A stretch of DNA of 64,000 nucleotides from Diadema antillarum (GCF_040938485.1 NW_027271017.1:6324001-6388000); one strand, 5' to 3'; positions 16,261 through 31,400 are shown, counted from the stretch's first letter. The notes: generated by a model from the sequence alone, not told the origin. Translations and numbers: made by a program.

Positions 16261-16983
16261 TTCCTTAAGCCAGTCAGTGTGTGGATGTCATTCCTCTAAC
16301 ATGAAAAACTAAGATGCAGGCGGCACACATCTGTACACATTGATATTGCATTCAAACGAAAAAATCACACACATATCAATATGTACAGCAGCTGCATCAT
16401 CCTCAAACTTGTACAATTTTTTTCTAATTGCAATTACATGCCTTTATGGACGCACACATACATCTGTATGCCAAAAACAAAAAACAAAAACAAAAAGATC
16501 AATGCACTCAGAAAGGTGCAAAAGAAGTATTTCACATTTTGTCTGAATAACCAGTGCACTACCAGCAGCATGTTGCATTTTCTCCTAGTTCCAATAAGAA
16601 TGCTACACAACTTCATCAAGATGAAACGATCACGTATGTTGGGACCGCTGGGAAATACTGGCACTGATTTTTATGGTATTCATCTCAGAAAACAGGCCAG
16701 TATGAGGCAAAAAAACTAGGAAAAAAAAAAACCTTGGAAGATAAACAGCTAGAGAGAGAAAATGAGAGAGAGAGGGAGAGACAGAAGGAAAGAGAAAAAG
16801 ATAAGAGAGAGGGGGAGAGAGAGAAAAAAGAAGGAGAGAGGAACATACAAAATAGAAAGTTACTTTCTACCTAAGATGTGAAGCCACAGGGTGTGTATCT
16901 GTGTACTCAGATGATACGGCTGAATCACCAGGGAAGGGCTTCGTGTCAAGTGTCAGCAATGCCAAGCGTATGCTCTATGAAGG

Positions 16984-17333
16984 CAGAGACTCCAACCCCA
17001 AGCACCTTCTGATCGGGAGATTCTCCCGCCTGAAACCCCTATCAAACGGGAGACCCCAATTTGATGTTGAGCGCAAAGCGTGAAGTTCCTTGCGGCCAGG
17101 GGGTCCAGGGCCCGCTTAAGGGCCCTGGAAGCTCAGTTCTAGATGCTCTCTCATGCTATCTAAGGCTTATTTTTCAACAAACAATGATATTAAAGTAATA
17201 AATCATTTCAAGTGGGAGACACACAGAGCCAGGGCGGGAGAAATGAAATCTCAAGCGGGAGAACGGGAGATTTTGCAAAAATGGGCTTTCGGCGGGAGAT
17301 CTCCCGTCGAAAACGGGAGAGTTGGAGTCGCTG
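16984..17333. mobile_element. hAT-like non-autonomous element, 350 bp, 6-bp TSD TGAAGG
   Basis: TIRs CAGAGACTCCAAC / GTTGGAGTCGCTG (12 of 13 match); TGAAGG at 16978-83 and 17334-39; repeated subterminal CGGGAGA. Confidence 0.85.
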
Positions 17334-18282
17334 TGAAGGGTATGAACTGTATGCTGCTAGGATGCTTCTGTTGTTGATATTGTTTTTATTGTTTGTGATA
17401 TAGTGTTAGTAAGTCTATTTGCTTTGGGTTTTTACACAGCCATCATTTTAATCGAGACAGGTGCCACTTAATACTTTAATCTGCATGATGCTCAAATTAA
17501 GCATCTCCCCTACATGTATAGACTAAAAGCCCTCTTTCCCATCCCCTAATCCCCTTTTATCTCTGCCCCCCCCCCCCCAAAAAAAAAGAAATGCTAACTT
17601 ACTCACTCTCTCACACACACACAGACACATAAACACACATATAGAGAGTGCAGCTGCACTGAACTAATGCTCATGACGAAGTGGTCTCCAGACCTCACGA
17701 CCATAAAAGTAAAGTCCAGCGGTTTCTAACCAATAGGCCATCAAGATTATACCATCTACGCATAAGAGGCACTCAAGAGTCTCCCCTCGCTCCCTACGCT
17801 GGCAAATTGTATTAGTCATCATCATCACTCTGTCAATCAAGCTGGGAAAATAATTGTATCTGCATGGTTATGTCAGCAGAGAAGGCAAAGCAAAACAAAA
17901 CATCTGTCTTATCAAATCAGGCTAATTGTTAGGCAATTTACCACTTTAGCTCTGACAGATTTGAGTTCAGAGACAAAGTTAATACACATTTAAAACATAG
18001 CAATAGAGCCCCATGCGCTCAATAATCTACACATGTCTAGGTTTTAGATCTCATTTTTGGAAAATAAGTGGGGGGGGGGGGGGGGGATGAACTTGAACGT
18101 GGCCCAATATAAGATTAACAAATGATTATCATTCCAAACACCTACTAACTTCGCTGTCAAGAAATGCATTTGTGATAAAGATTTTGAGAAGACTATGGCA
18201 CTTTGCAAGTTAGACTGCGATAATTAATCTCGCTCTAGCTGCCTGCTGTCCGAGAAAGTAAAACATGTTGTCATGCAGTGTA

Positions 18283-18992
18283 CTGTGTATGCTGAATATG
18301 TTGTGAGGTTTTTATTTTTGCAAATTTTGCGAGTCGGGTGCTGTTCGCAAATTTAAAAACAAGCAAAACTAAAGAAGCACTCCGAGAGCGCAGACCTCCA
18401 CCAAGCAGCTCATTTCCACCATTGAGCTTGTTCTTCTGTAGAGATCAGTGATTTCTACCCATATGTATGCATGCTGAAAATCACCTGATTTCCCAAGAAA
18501 CCTTTTGTTACGTCATCAACGCCAGTTGCACGGCGCGCCTCGCCCTAGACCAGAAACTAGAGCACGCACTCAAGTGCGCGTATGAAAATCTCAAAAATAT
18601 GCAGCTTGAACTCCAAAGTTCATTGACCCTGCCTGCTAAGATAATGAAAATCTTTCATAAAATCAATAAAAATTCCCAGATCACTTCCAAACTTCAATCA
18701 TCTGTTACTTGTGTAATTCTCAACCTTCCCTGTAAGTTTCATCCAAATCCGTTAATGACTTTTTGAGTAATTTTGCACACGGACAAACCAACAAACATGA
18801 AAACATAACCTCCTCCCTTGGTGGAGGTACACTGTAAATATCAACTCTCATCCCGACATGAATGTGATGTGCAGGCATCAATTTCTCCATTCAAGACTGT
18901 AGTCCACAACTGCGAATTTAACCACTCTTGAAATTGATGGGATGTTCCCGATTGGAGAAAAATGAGACTTGCTAAAAATATGGCGTATACAG
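18283..18992 (+). mobile_element. TA-flanked MITE (same family as 14821-15058) interrupted by a HINE
   Basis: TA|CTGTGTATGCTGAATAT ... TATGGCGTATACAG|TA. The two outer parts together align with the intact 238-bp copy. Confidence 0.75.
18367..18829 (-). mobile_element. Helentron-associated non-autonomous element (HINE-type)
   Basis: The - strand starts TACCTCCACCAAGGGAGGAGGTTATGTTTTC and ends GGTGGAGGTCTGCGCTCTCGGAGTGCTTCTTTAGTT. Asymmetric subterminal inverted repeats; both ends are shared with the copy at 57260-57680. Confidence 0.7.
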
Positions 18993-20434
18993 TAATTTAC
19001 CGACACTTCAACGAAGAGAAGCCAATCATGTAGTGCAAATGCAGAGGAAAGGACTTGCTCGAGGTAATGTTTTACAGGAATGGCAAATACGGCTAATACA
19101 TATTCATGAATATATCTAGATAATCCTGAAATTTTCTCTCTTTTAAAAAATATGCAGTCATCATTTTAAAACATTATAACTTGACTGTAATCCAGTAATG
19201 TAATTTGCTATGCATCATTTCTTTGATACATTCATCAGAGACATCTGTTGGCAAAAGACTCTTCTAAGCATGCCTTATGCCCAATAAGATACATTATATA
19301 ATTCTGCTACAGATGTGGACTCTTACAGGTCAATTGAGTTAAGAATTCAGTGGTATATATCATTTTTAAAAACCCATCATCCCATTACAAAGTTTGTAAA
19401 GTTTGTGAGGTGAGGTAGAATTATGAATAAAAATATGCAAGCTTCACAAGCATTCATTTGTTTATACACATTGCTTCGGAAAATGCACAATTGTTGACTT
19501 TTCCTTCTGGTGATATCAGTCCAAATGCATTTAAAAAGATATCCCGCGAGAAAGAAAAATTGTTAAGTACAAACATAGCATACTGGTTGGTAGTGTCACA
19601 TTTCCTGATGTAAATCATCCCCACATGAGCAGAGTTTACAGAGAAAATTAAAAAGGAAACATGAGTCATTCTACATCTTTTCAAATGTGCCTCCATGCCT
19701 TACTGTGTCACTGGGGATGGCCATGACGGCACATAAAAGATAAAGTTATCCACGATATTTCCTTTTTTGTTGTTGTCGATGGTGTCTCCTCACAGTGGCA
19801 TGCAAACTATAATTTCTAGAAGCAGTTTCAACAAACTCAAGCTTTACATTAAAGTAGATACGTTGATCGCCATCTCAGGGGTTGCCTCATACATTGCCAT
19901 GGCACAAAAATAGCATAAATATGCTCAAGAGAACAATGAATGCAGAATCGTCATGGTGACGAAACACATGGAAACACTTTACAGAAGAGGGCAAGTCATG
20001 TGTCATATGTCTGTGCAGGTAAAATTCATATATTATTGTTGATGCAATACACTTGGACTGTGTCCTTCTGAGACATTTTCCCTTCTTTTCATGCTCACTA
20101 TGGAACCTGCAATAAATGAATTACAAATCAATTTGGAGTAGAGTACAATGTAGTAGAATTACGTGGAAATTTGCCATCTACATGTATACTTTTACTGGAA
20201 TAATAGCAAAAATGACAAGCACTGTAGTCATCCAGAACTCTTTGCACATTTCCAATTGCTATTCTATATTTGCTTACTAAAACTATTCGAGTGCCATCTT
20301 GTTGAGGGTACATTACTCACAATATTTACTCATCAAGCTAGAGGTAGATGCGGCTAGAAGTAGAACAGGCCATAGGCGTTTTGTTTCCATACTTGAGATA
20401 ATTAAACTATTATCTATCATTTTTATTGAGTAAC

Positions 20435-20660
20435 GAGCACTGTGATGTAATGTTCTTGACTTGTCAGCTGAAGGTCCTGAATCTTAATCCCACAAAATGC
20501 TTAATACAGCCTTGAAGACAAAATGCTTTACCCATAACGTCCCTCTTCATCTGAGTGTTTCAATGTGTATCTGGCAATACTATGGAGATGATAATGGAAG
20601 GCCATTTTGAAGAACAGTGTGAACATTGAGGAGGCTACACTGGGTAGCCAGTACCACTTC
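20435..20660 (+). mobile_element. Degenerate tRNA-derived SINE-like remnant
   Basis: Eroded tRNA-like head (GAAGGTCCTGAATCTTAATCCCAC), a body resembling SINE2 cores, and a tail similar to the segment at 43330-43385. Recognised by pattern only. Confidence 0.35.
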
Positions 20661-21287
20661 AAAAGCCATGTTCCGTACTGGTAATAAACTGTAATCAAGA
20701 GTTGTTAATGTGCTCCTGTAAATCCTTCATTGAAAATGTAATTCCAATATACTGTGGTTCATGTGGACAAGAAAGAGTGTCATAATTCTACTACAAATTA
20801 CATGTCAGATACAAAATAAACACACAATTTAGAGTGTGTGGGACTACAACAACAATGTAAATTTGTTCATGTTGTGAAACAAGTAAAGTACATGGCTCAT
20901 CTCTCTCTAGCCAAAATATCAACTGCATAACATACAAACTGCCATAGTTTGCTTTCAAGTCATTCAGTGACCTCAACTATTCAGGCACAAAATGAAAGTA
21001 ACCATCGTATACAAATGATTCCTGGTGGTCTACAAACGTGTGTGCAAAGTCTATATGTTTAAAGTTCTTCACTGGCACAGAACCAGGAGCCACCACCTGT
21101 TTCACAGTCACCCACATCTTAGTGCCTTTTGGGACACAGCTGTTGATAAGAACCTACAATATGTACATAGACTACCTGTGATATCAGTCTCAATGATGAC
21201 AGAATTGATTGCACACATTGTTTTGGTGAGTGAAATGTGACTTTAAGAAAATACAGTTTACTCCTTCCCTGTTTTAGTGCACAAAAA

Positions 21288-21302
21288 GACAGACAGACAG
21301 AC

Positions 21303-21357
<55 letters not shown>

Positions 21358-21358
21358 A
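21288..21358. repeat. (GACA)n(GAAA)n compound microsatellite
   Basis: Directly visible. Confidence 0.95.
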
Positions 21359-22380
21359 GTAGCATCTACAACGTGTATCTGTTGATGATTTCATCCATAG
21401 AAACCCTGAAGATGGTCTATGGATTACCAAAGGCTTGCCTGACCTGGCATCATGTACATGTAGTGCATGCCATATGAATTCATGCAACATGAATGTAATC
21501 ACAATGCACCAACCTCATAATGTCGTTTTATCAATACACTGTAATCTCATTGCAAAATTTCCGCTCAAAGGCCATCAAAAGCTTGCCAAAGGTTTGATAG
21601 AGTACAAGCTACTGAAGACCAGCTCGCGCAATATCATCTTTAGAAGAAATCAGAAAAGAAAGATGAATGATATCAGCTCATAACTGGGTATATACACAGA
21701 CTAAAGGCGCCAAGCCTTCTTTTGAAATTCATACATGATAGAACTTTGAATTTTTACAGTTGCTCATGTTTTCACACAATGGTGATACAGGTCACATGTA
21801 GGTTTGATTAGGAAACTAATTGACTCACTAATTTCACCCTATATTGTCCTTTTATCAATGAAATATACAACGTATGTCTTCGCATCAAATCATTCTCGAG
21901 TTGTAATGATTAGGGATTGGAGACTTTCATAGGGGAAAAGTGATAGTAATTGAGTATGTGACCAAAAACAATTCCAACGTTTCCATGCAGAAATCAACCG
22001 AAGGGTTGTCAGACCGTGACACAATTACCACAGCCAATTTGCATATATTGTGACTGATGTTACTGTTACACAATACACAAGAAAACATGAGATTCCACAC
22101 CTTTTATTATTTGCCAAATTTTATTAAAACCTTCGCTGTTCTGTTTGGGAATTGATCATCACTATCATCATTTTCAATTTCATCAAATATGGGAGTGGGG
22201 TCCGTCATTTTCAATTTTATCAAATATTGGAGCAGGGTCCTTCAAACGGCAGTAACTAAAATCAAGGAAATTCTCAAAAGTAAACTTGGTCACAGTGCAG
22301 CCAGGTTTGACACAGTGGACATTGGGCTTGCTAAAAAGGAGGGCTTGAAGCTTTAAGATAATGACTTCCGATCGGCTCAC

Positions 22381-22560
22381 TTATCCTCGGCTAGCTATCC
22401 CGTAATACGTCAACTCTCTGGACAATACACAACACCTCACTGGACCCAATTGTTACGCATCGGATCAACGATATCACGTTCTCCGGCCGATCCCCAGGAG
22501 AATTGGGATGGCGATGATGCATAGTGGGCGGCTGTCAAAGTGTCATTACCCCTGGAAATG
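22381..22560 (-). promoter_or_regulatory. Intronic CpG cluster: enhancer or alternative first exon (donor AA|gtgagc, exon end 22381)
   Basis: CpG-rich patch bounded on its low side by a strong - strand donor. Confidence 0.3.
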
Positions 22561-24875
22561 GAGAGAAGCGCAAACAATCCTCTCACTCATTATTAGAAAG
22601 CATCATTTGCTTTTTCCATTGTACCAAAAAAGGGGGAAATTGACACACGTGGGGGAGGAGGGGTGGGGAGGGAGAGGAAAAAATGATTGGAAGCAAAGAG
22701 TCACGGTAAACACAGAATGAGTCACTACGTAAACATTTAGTCTGGAGTAGCTGCGGTGTCATTCCATGAAAAAAAAAATGTTTCCATAGAATGAAATGAC
22801 AATGTGATGCATGCAGTGCTTGAACATTTTCTGAGTTCACAGAGTACTATCTGTTCAGGTTAATGGCAAACTACTCTGTGATTAGTTGACTGCAGTAGTC
22901 GTGCTGATTGAAGGTGTGATTCCATTTTCTTTTCGTTTCCTGTTTCCTCTCAGCTTGCTTTTAATTCATAACATTTCACTTCAGGGGAATATTCAATTTT
23001 GCCTGAAAAATTGTTCATCTACCAGGTATTCTTTGATTAGCCTTTGCATTCACACTGTGTTTTACAAGGAGGATACAGAAATAAACACACGAGTGAGCTT
23101 CTGACATATATGTACAACTCCTAAATTTCAGTGATATTGATAGTTACAGCTTATCTTTAAAAAAAGAAAAAAAAAGCTGTCATTTCATCACCATCCTGAC
23201 TTTCAAAATAATTAAATCAACTAACTCTTCACTGTCCAATGTCAATATAATCTTGCACTCAATGTGATCTCCTAGGAAACGGTGCAGTTCCATCCCTACC
23301 TGAGGCTTAATCTATTGATGAAAGACATACTGTATGAATACTCGTTCCAGGCACCAAACTTGATACACAGGAAGCATTTTTATAGAACTCACCATCAATT
23401 TCTATGAACCCTGGTGCAAAAGAGAGTTCTTTATCCACATGTTCCACATTGGAACCATGACTATTAAAGCAAACAGAAAACAACAACACAATTAACTCGA
23501 AAAATTCCACTCAGTTTTGTAGTTGTAAACCTTCAATAGCTAGAATGCTCGAATAACCTGAACAGTAACATTTTCATTCTACTTTGACATAACGTGAGGA
23601 AAGAAAATGAAGTAATTTAGAAATTTTGCTTACAAACTCTTTTTTTGAGAAATATGATTGGCTGCAATACGCAAATGAGATAAGGAAATAGTGCCATTGC
23701 TTTACAACTCTCCTTCGTACATTATTTTCTGTGAAGAGTCTCATGACAACCATCTCCTTTTAAACAAAGTCATGATCACTAAATTCACTACCTACAGTGT
23801 ATCTACTATTATTTGATTAAAACATATCATATTATTACTTCCTTTATAACTGATTAAAAACAAAAAGTAGCATAGATTTGTAAGAATGAAATAACCAGTT
23901 TACCCGATCTGCAATAGTGATCAATATGACTGTCCTACGGCAAGTGAAATATCAGCATAACATTAGCTTTTTTCACAAGTGTTTATTTCATGGAAACTTT
24001 ACCTGCCTACTTTGTTCATTTGACGCCTTAGATATAATAAAGACATATTGAATATGGGGCAAAGTCTTTCTTCAAGATTTTAAAAAAAAATACTTAAAAG
24101 ATGGGTTTTAGAGGAATTAACAATGCCTCCTTACTAATTTTTCTCCAGACTCCAGATATACTGTGGGAAGACCTGAACACATCAGACATCGATTAATAAG
24201 TAATCCACCAGCCAGAAAGAGAAAAAGAGAGAGTAGGCTAAGACCGGCTCCTCCTGATGAGAGAGGCGAGAGATGATGGAGATGTTTGCTCTGTCGGTTG
24301 GCACGGAGACGAAGTGAAGGGATTAAAGGAGGACATCCTCTGGACTCCCATCTCATCCAGACTAGGCAAGACCTTAACAATGTTACAGATAACACCGCTG
24401 GTACTCAAAATGGATAACACCACAAGAACATACATGTACTGTACATATATACAAGTGGTCTCAAACAGCATCCATGAGCATCATTAATGATAAACTGTCC
24501 AAGCTCAAGAGATATACTGTACAGAAGAGACATAACACTGTACATTCAATTGTACATGTTCTGGAAGTGTTTATGTCTCTGGACAATGTCAAGTTATGTC
24601 ACTGGGTTGATCACATAGTGGAAATACACACCGTACAATGTTCCAAACTCTTGATTTAAAACAAAAACAAAAATAAGCCAAACAAAATGACACACACACA
24701 TACAACCATCAGTATATTACACAGCCATGATATTCAGCATTACAAGCAAATGATAATTGGCTCATTACATTTTCAGTCACAGAATTTTCTCCCTCTTGTA
24801 GCATTGATCTTCACCTCTTTTGAAGCATGATTTGAAGCACAATAAAATGACATTCTCTGGACCAATTACATGTAG

Positions 24876-25403
24876 GACTGTTTTCACACCGGTCGAGAAA
24901 CGTAGTTTGCAATGCTGAATTACAATTACCATCGCAATTATGATTCAAATTATTGTCTGTTCACAAGATTGCCAGGAAGGCTTCACGGATTCTGCAGTTT
25001 TGAATTTCAGAGTGAGGAGGGGAGGTGTGGCTTCTTTCCGAGTTCCCATCAAACACTCTTGAGCAGTAAGGAGCGCACGCTTTGACTGCAGTGCGAGCAT
25101 TTGAAGAGTGTATTTTTTCCGCGGAAGTGATTGAAAGGTTAACATAAGCTCGGCCCTGAAAACACGATTTGAAGGTCTATCTGTTCACATGACTGTTTCA
25201 TTCTGTAATTCTGGTAAGTCATGATTGGAAAACACCTCTGCACCATCATTTGAAACATGATTAGAATTACGATTCAAATCACCCTCTCCGCAATTCCAGT
25301 TTGCATTCACACGGCAAAAATGCAGTATCGAATCATGAATCTCGTGATGTGTCATTACGATTATGTTTCACGTTACGCACTCTCGGTACGTGTGAAAGCA
25401 CTC
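24876..25403. mobile_element. PIF/Harbinger-like MITE, about 528 bp
   Basis: Imperfect TIRs GACTGTTTTCACAC / GTGTGAAAGCACTC, flanked by TAG at 24873-75 and 25404-06. Internal TTCACA repeats and retained CpGs. Confidence 0.5.
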
Positions 25404-28400
25404 TAGGATGGAACCTGACATGTCTGCATGGTTCTGTAACTTGTTTGGCATGGTCGTATTCTCTAGTCTGCACCTTACATACACATGCCATATGTGGTGT
25501 ACAAATATTTTTTATGTTTCACTCCACCTACGTAACCCAAAACCCAGCAGAAACTTCAGCAGCCTAGCTTCCTTGACCTTGAAGTGCAGTGATTTTAGCA
25601 ATGAACGTGTCTGCAAAGAGAAAGAAAGAGGGGGGGGGGGGGACTAACAGAACTGCAGACTATTTTGGAATTCACTGAAATTAAAAAAAAAAAGAAGGAA
25701 GAAATGGATTTCTTTCATCAGCTCCACAAAGCATTCTCTATTCACTGGCACCATTAGTTCGACTCTGGTTCCATCCATGTAAAGCCATAAGTATGGGAGA
25801 TATGTGATACTCGTTGAAATAATACAGGCCGACGATGACAGAAGTGCTGGGGTTGGGTTTTTGGAGGGTTCAACTGGTGTAATTTCATGCGGCTTGCCCG
25901 TGTTCTTATGTTTGCAGACAGCATGGTGAGGTTACACTTGATGGCAGACTTATGAATAGTCCCTCATGTGATCTTCATTTCTCAGTGGACTCACTCAAAG
26001 TGTAGTTGGGCCATGACTTCTGTGTCAAACAATCAGTGGATAGACCCAGGAGGCACATTGTCTGTTTGCCCAGATCTCTTGGGTATATTATGCACTCTAC
26101 AAAAGGGCACCATCAGCTAGTCACAATACCACACATGTACACAGACTTCACACAGCTTCAGCAGATCATAGGGGATAATGTGTGTTCCATGCAGTTCATT
26201 ACAGATGCATAATATAATTTACATTTCATCTTTTGACCTGAAAATACTTCATGATACCCCTTGGCAGTCATCTATCGGACTAACTGAGTCAACTATCCTA
26301 TCCACACTCACAATGTTTCACACTTCTACTTCGGTATAGAATAGAGTGATTAGGAGTTACAAGTTTTGTACTTTCATGAAGTCACAAAATAAACACACAT
26401 ATTCAATTAATCATTGTAAACAAGAACTTTAAAGGAGAAGATTTCAAGACATCAGCCTGACGATAATTACTTTGATGAATCAAGCATACTGGCATTGCAA
26501 AGATTGGATTGAAACATTTACATACTGAATTTTAATACTAAATTGTTAACTGGTCTTCTTACCATATGAGCTTTATGGGGGGGGGGGGGGGGAGGGGGAT
26601 GTTGGAATCCCCAAGCACACGACCATTGCCTAATGCTCCTGTGCAATTGGATAACAAGTGTCACATGATCAAAACAGAAATTTTTGCTGGCAAACATAAT
26701 TTACAATACTGAATAAGGAAAAAAAAGGAACAGAAAAAGACTATCAAGAGAGAAACACGGTGTCATTGTTCAATTTATTTATTTATTTATTTATTCATCT
26801 ATTTATTTGTTTATCTATTTATTTTTGCGGGATGTACAATGGCTAGCTGGCAGCAACATCCACCAGTAGTCCAGTGAGAAGTTACCCCCCCCCCCCCTTG
26901 CTGCTAATATAAATGCCCTCATGGGTTGGGGTATAGTATTTCTAATCCTGCAAGTGAAGGAGGGTGAGAAAATACATGGAGTTTGACAAATACGGAGCTA
27001 TTGATAGCGATAGTTCCCAGGATTGTGAATAGCTTTGACTCCAAAGGACACACTGTTCACTGATTATTCTCGGTACAGCTTCGCTTCAGGTTAAATGAAG
27101 TTTGTTCCTGCATGAGTGGGTACAACATTTCACAACACCAGAGAGATCATTTATTGCTTTATAGACCTACATGTATGCAACACAACATTTCATCGAGTCT
27201 AGTATAAATTTGAAGTCATCATAAACATACAATGTATGCAATTAAATCCTGGTAGGTGAGACTAACACTGGTGGCATTTTTCAACAAAAATCTCATCACG
27301 ACCCAAACCACCACAGGGGATGGTGCCTTGTGAACCGCGTTCATAAATTACTCCTGGCATTTTCTTCAGTAATGAGAAAAAAAAAGCACTAGAAATTAGC
27401 CGCAAACCATTCCTCTTGTGACCTGGCCATGAATAAAAATCACTGACAATGAGTAGACCATGGCTTTCATTTTCTCACCTTGCTCTCTCCGTCTCTCTCA
27501 GTTGACCCATTTCAGTATGAATCTACATCCTAGATCCACCTCTACACATACCAGTCCGTATAGCTATACAGTGTACATTCAGCGAGCCATCTACATTTCA
27601 TGCTAACTATCACTATTATCTTTCCCCCAAATCTTGTGACTGGTTGCGCTACATCATATTCTCGCTCATAATTCAGAAAGCGAAATGGCTCATTACACCC
27701 CAAATGGGCATCGTTTGGGGCATAATATACACTGCTCTCTTGTGGTGCATGCCTTTGGTATTTGACGTGCAATGAGCACCGAAAACATGCTGGAATGTGC
27801 GTTGGCAGTGGAATTCACTTTGCTATTTCTCTGAAAGATGACCAATAACTCTCAAACAGTATCAACATTACAGCTGTAGCTTGTGGTTTATGCAGTGATG
27901 GCTCTTTTTCCCTTCATGTTACGCCATTCATAAATATCTTCCAAAAAAAAAAAAAAAAAAAATAGCAAGTTGAAGATGTCTTACAAAGATGAAGAAAAAA
28001 AAAAAACCCAGGACATTCAACCAGTTCTTGTTGTTAAACCAAGAGGTAATATGGGCCTAAACCTGTGACATTGATACTCTGTTATCAATTGTCATATTCC
28101 TACTAAAATACATTATTGTGGACACTCATGGGATATACAATGCAAAAGAAGGTTAATAATACCTACTTGCAAAGCATTTTTCCATTCATAATGTTTTCTT
28201 ATAATGATGTTGGATTGTGTTTTGAAGTCTGAGATATGCAATATTATCTCAGAGTTGATAAAGAGTCAGACTTTTGAAAAAAAATGTTTGAACTTTCAAT
28301 ACATAATATGCTGTATGTTATATAATTATAAACATTATCTTGTGAATTGTTATCTTAACATAACTACTTGCTTTTTTATGTGTAAGACTTGACATACAAT

Positions 28401-31400
28401 GCATTTTCTGTTGGATAATGAATTGAAAATTAATTGAAATTAACTTTTATAGTTTCGAACCACTTTCCTCTGTCTTGCTCTCAAAATTGTAAGAAACTTT
28501 GGACTCAAGTTTTTTTTCTCTCAGAGAACAACAGGGATAAAGGCAATAATACTGCAACATGTATGGTACTTCACAGCCACCTTGCACCACACCACACTCC
28601 CTTTGAGATTAAAGGCGATTTGGATTAGCCTACATTACAGAGTTTGTCGGCAACAATAACTGCTTCTATCGGCGATACATGGGGCGACTATCAGTCCCCT
28701 CATGAGACCATGTTCATGTTTTAACAAACTCTAGCATGACTGCGACAGAGAGATGACTCAAGAATTCGTGCCAGTACCATTGGGGCTGTGAATATCTGGA
28801 GGGCAGGAACCACAGTTTCAACAAGGACAAAAGAGAGAACAGACTGTAATACACAGCTTTAAAAGTGAAACAAACAAGTAAAACATCATTGAGCAACATT
28901 AATTAAAAAAACAAAAACACCATTCATACCATGCAATTATAGGAAGTGATTGGTTCAATTCAGAGATTCGGTGATGTCAGGTGGACAATCATTGAAGTTC
29001 AAGGGGTATTCTTATCATCAGTGATCTAATATCATTGATGATTAGCCTCCGCACCTAATGTGCAAGGAGATCTCTGCCTTATCTAATGATCACATCTTAT
29101 TGCAGTAATCCCCCAAACACTGTACAAGTATATGACATCTTACATCCTGTAAAAACCTGCCAGTCAATTATACTGATGTAGAGGGTACTGATCGACTTGT
29201 GAAGTCAAGCTTTTATCGTGCCATATTATTCAAAACTTTTCCAAACATCTCTTCCTGGCTGCAGGGCGAAGTGATGGTCAAGTTAGCATCTTGTCAATTG
29301 ATAGAAAGAGAGATGGGAGAGAAAGAGGGAGAAAGGAAGACTAGCAACCCCTCAGGATCTCTTGGGAGAGGGGAGGGGGAGGGGTTAAGAGGAGCTGAGG
29401 TTGAATCCCAGACACTATGCAAGCATAACTAAAGCTACAGGGTATGATTCAGTGGGAAAACTTATAAGAAGAAGAAGAAAAAAAAAGAGGAGACACACAG
29501 CCTTCCAGGTTGTTGACAGAACTTGTTTATGAACGTGTTTCAGTACATGTCTCATGCTACTAAAATCAGAAGTTTCTGCCAAGTCTGAAAGCAAATGTAA
29601 ACTTGTGCTTCTCCCAAGCAATGTCATCAAATCCTGTTTGGCCAAGTATGGTCCAGACAATCATATTCTTGAATCAATTTCGATTGATTCTGGGTGTGCA
29701 TAGTAGTCTACACTGTATAACCACCACAATACAATTGTACTGCTGAAGGGATGCAGCTCAACTTGACTACATTGCATTCACTTGTGCTATAATGAGCATG
29801 CATTACATATATTCCTGCACATATTTCAGCTTTTGTATGGAATGTTCTTTTGCACTTTAGTGTTCAGCATTGGAGACCATTCAGCGTCTTAACACTGGCA
29901 TTCTACACGCATTCAGAAATGCATTAAAGAAACATGATTGCAGATGAGATCTTTGCAGGTGTGAAACCCCTTTCTGTTTTTAACCCCAGACACTGAGCAA
30001 GCAAAACTATGACCATACCATGATTTCAGTGGAAAATCTCCACTACGTCCGTCATAAATCCTTCCCTGGCTCATCCTATATACACGTACATACCCGCAGG
30101 TTTGGAAGAAGAGGATTATGCATGATGATGCCGCACAATATGAAATATATCGATCAATATCTAGTATGTCTGTGCTGTAATAGCAGTGTGAGTTTTCAGT
30201 TATTTCTTCATTCTTCTCTGCTTCTACAGGTTGGAATCCAAAACATGGCAGCAGAGCTAGACTACAAATCAGTTTTTTTGTTCATTTTTTAACCTTTTCA
30301 TTCATCCTTCGGTGGCACAGGATTTGAATGAACTGCAGTGCTTGATTTAATGTTTACTTGATTGCTGTGATGGCACTTGCCCTAACATGATGTCTACTGC
30401 CTTCCTGGAGACTTATGTATGTGTGCTGTGTCACATTTCTGTCCATTCTTGTAAATAACAATACCTGAAATTTCTGATTCGTCGCTACAGAAAGTGTGAT
30501 AAAAAGTTGCTAAATAACATTTATTTATTTATTTTTTTATATTATTATTATTTTTTTTTTTTTGGGGGGGGGGGTGCTGGTTTGGGTGTTATAACGTCCT
30601 GACTTTCCAATAATGAATACCCTGGGTGATTTTATTCTTGAGAAAAGGAAATACATATAGCAGTATGTTCATTCATAATACCATAACAGCATGCTTGGAA
30701 AAAGTAACTTCCTTTTTGTTTTCTTCAAATTTTGAGATAAATTCTTGGACTTTGAATTTGCCACAAGAAGGTATACAAAGTTAGTAAAGACATCATTCTT
30801 TTGAGTCATTTGTATTTTACAGCCACTGCAGGTATGCCTCAGTTTGCAGTTTTATTGACCTTTCTGCAACCTTACATGGGTAAAAAGATGACAGATCACA
30901 TGAGATTCTCATTTTTCCTATAGATAAAAAAAAACCAAACCAACAGAACAACCACAACTGGATGATAGGACATCGCATAGACACTAAAATGAGTACAGTG
31001 AAGCATCAAATGTGAAGCTCTTGCAGACAAGGGCTTTGGGTGAAAGGATTTATGGCTATGGTCAAAAATATCAAGTTACTGTGGAGCCAAATTCGACATG
31101 ATCTTCACGCAGAGATTCAAGCATAGCTCAGAAAGGAAAACTAGAAAGAAAAAAAAAAGATGGGCATACATTTTTCGCAGACTTGTGAAGGGTATGCCAC
31201 ATGAATACACACAGGCCTGCAGGGGAAATATAGAATACTCGAGCAGAAGATTGGAGGGAAAACAATTTTCGGCTGGAGACAGTAGGGTATTGGGTTTGGC
31301 TATGGAATATGGCATTTGCATGGATGGCGGCAAGGTAATTAAGGGTTCTTTCTAGGGAGTGCTCCACCATATATAAATTCATGTCTGTTAAAAGAGGACA

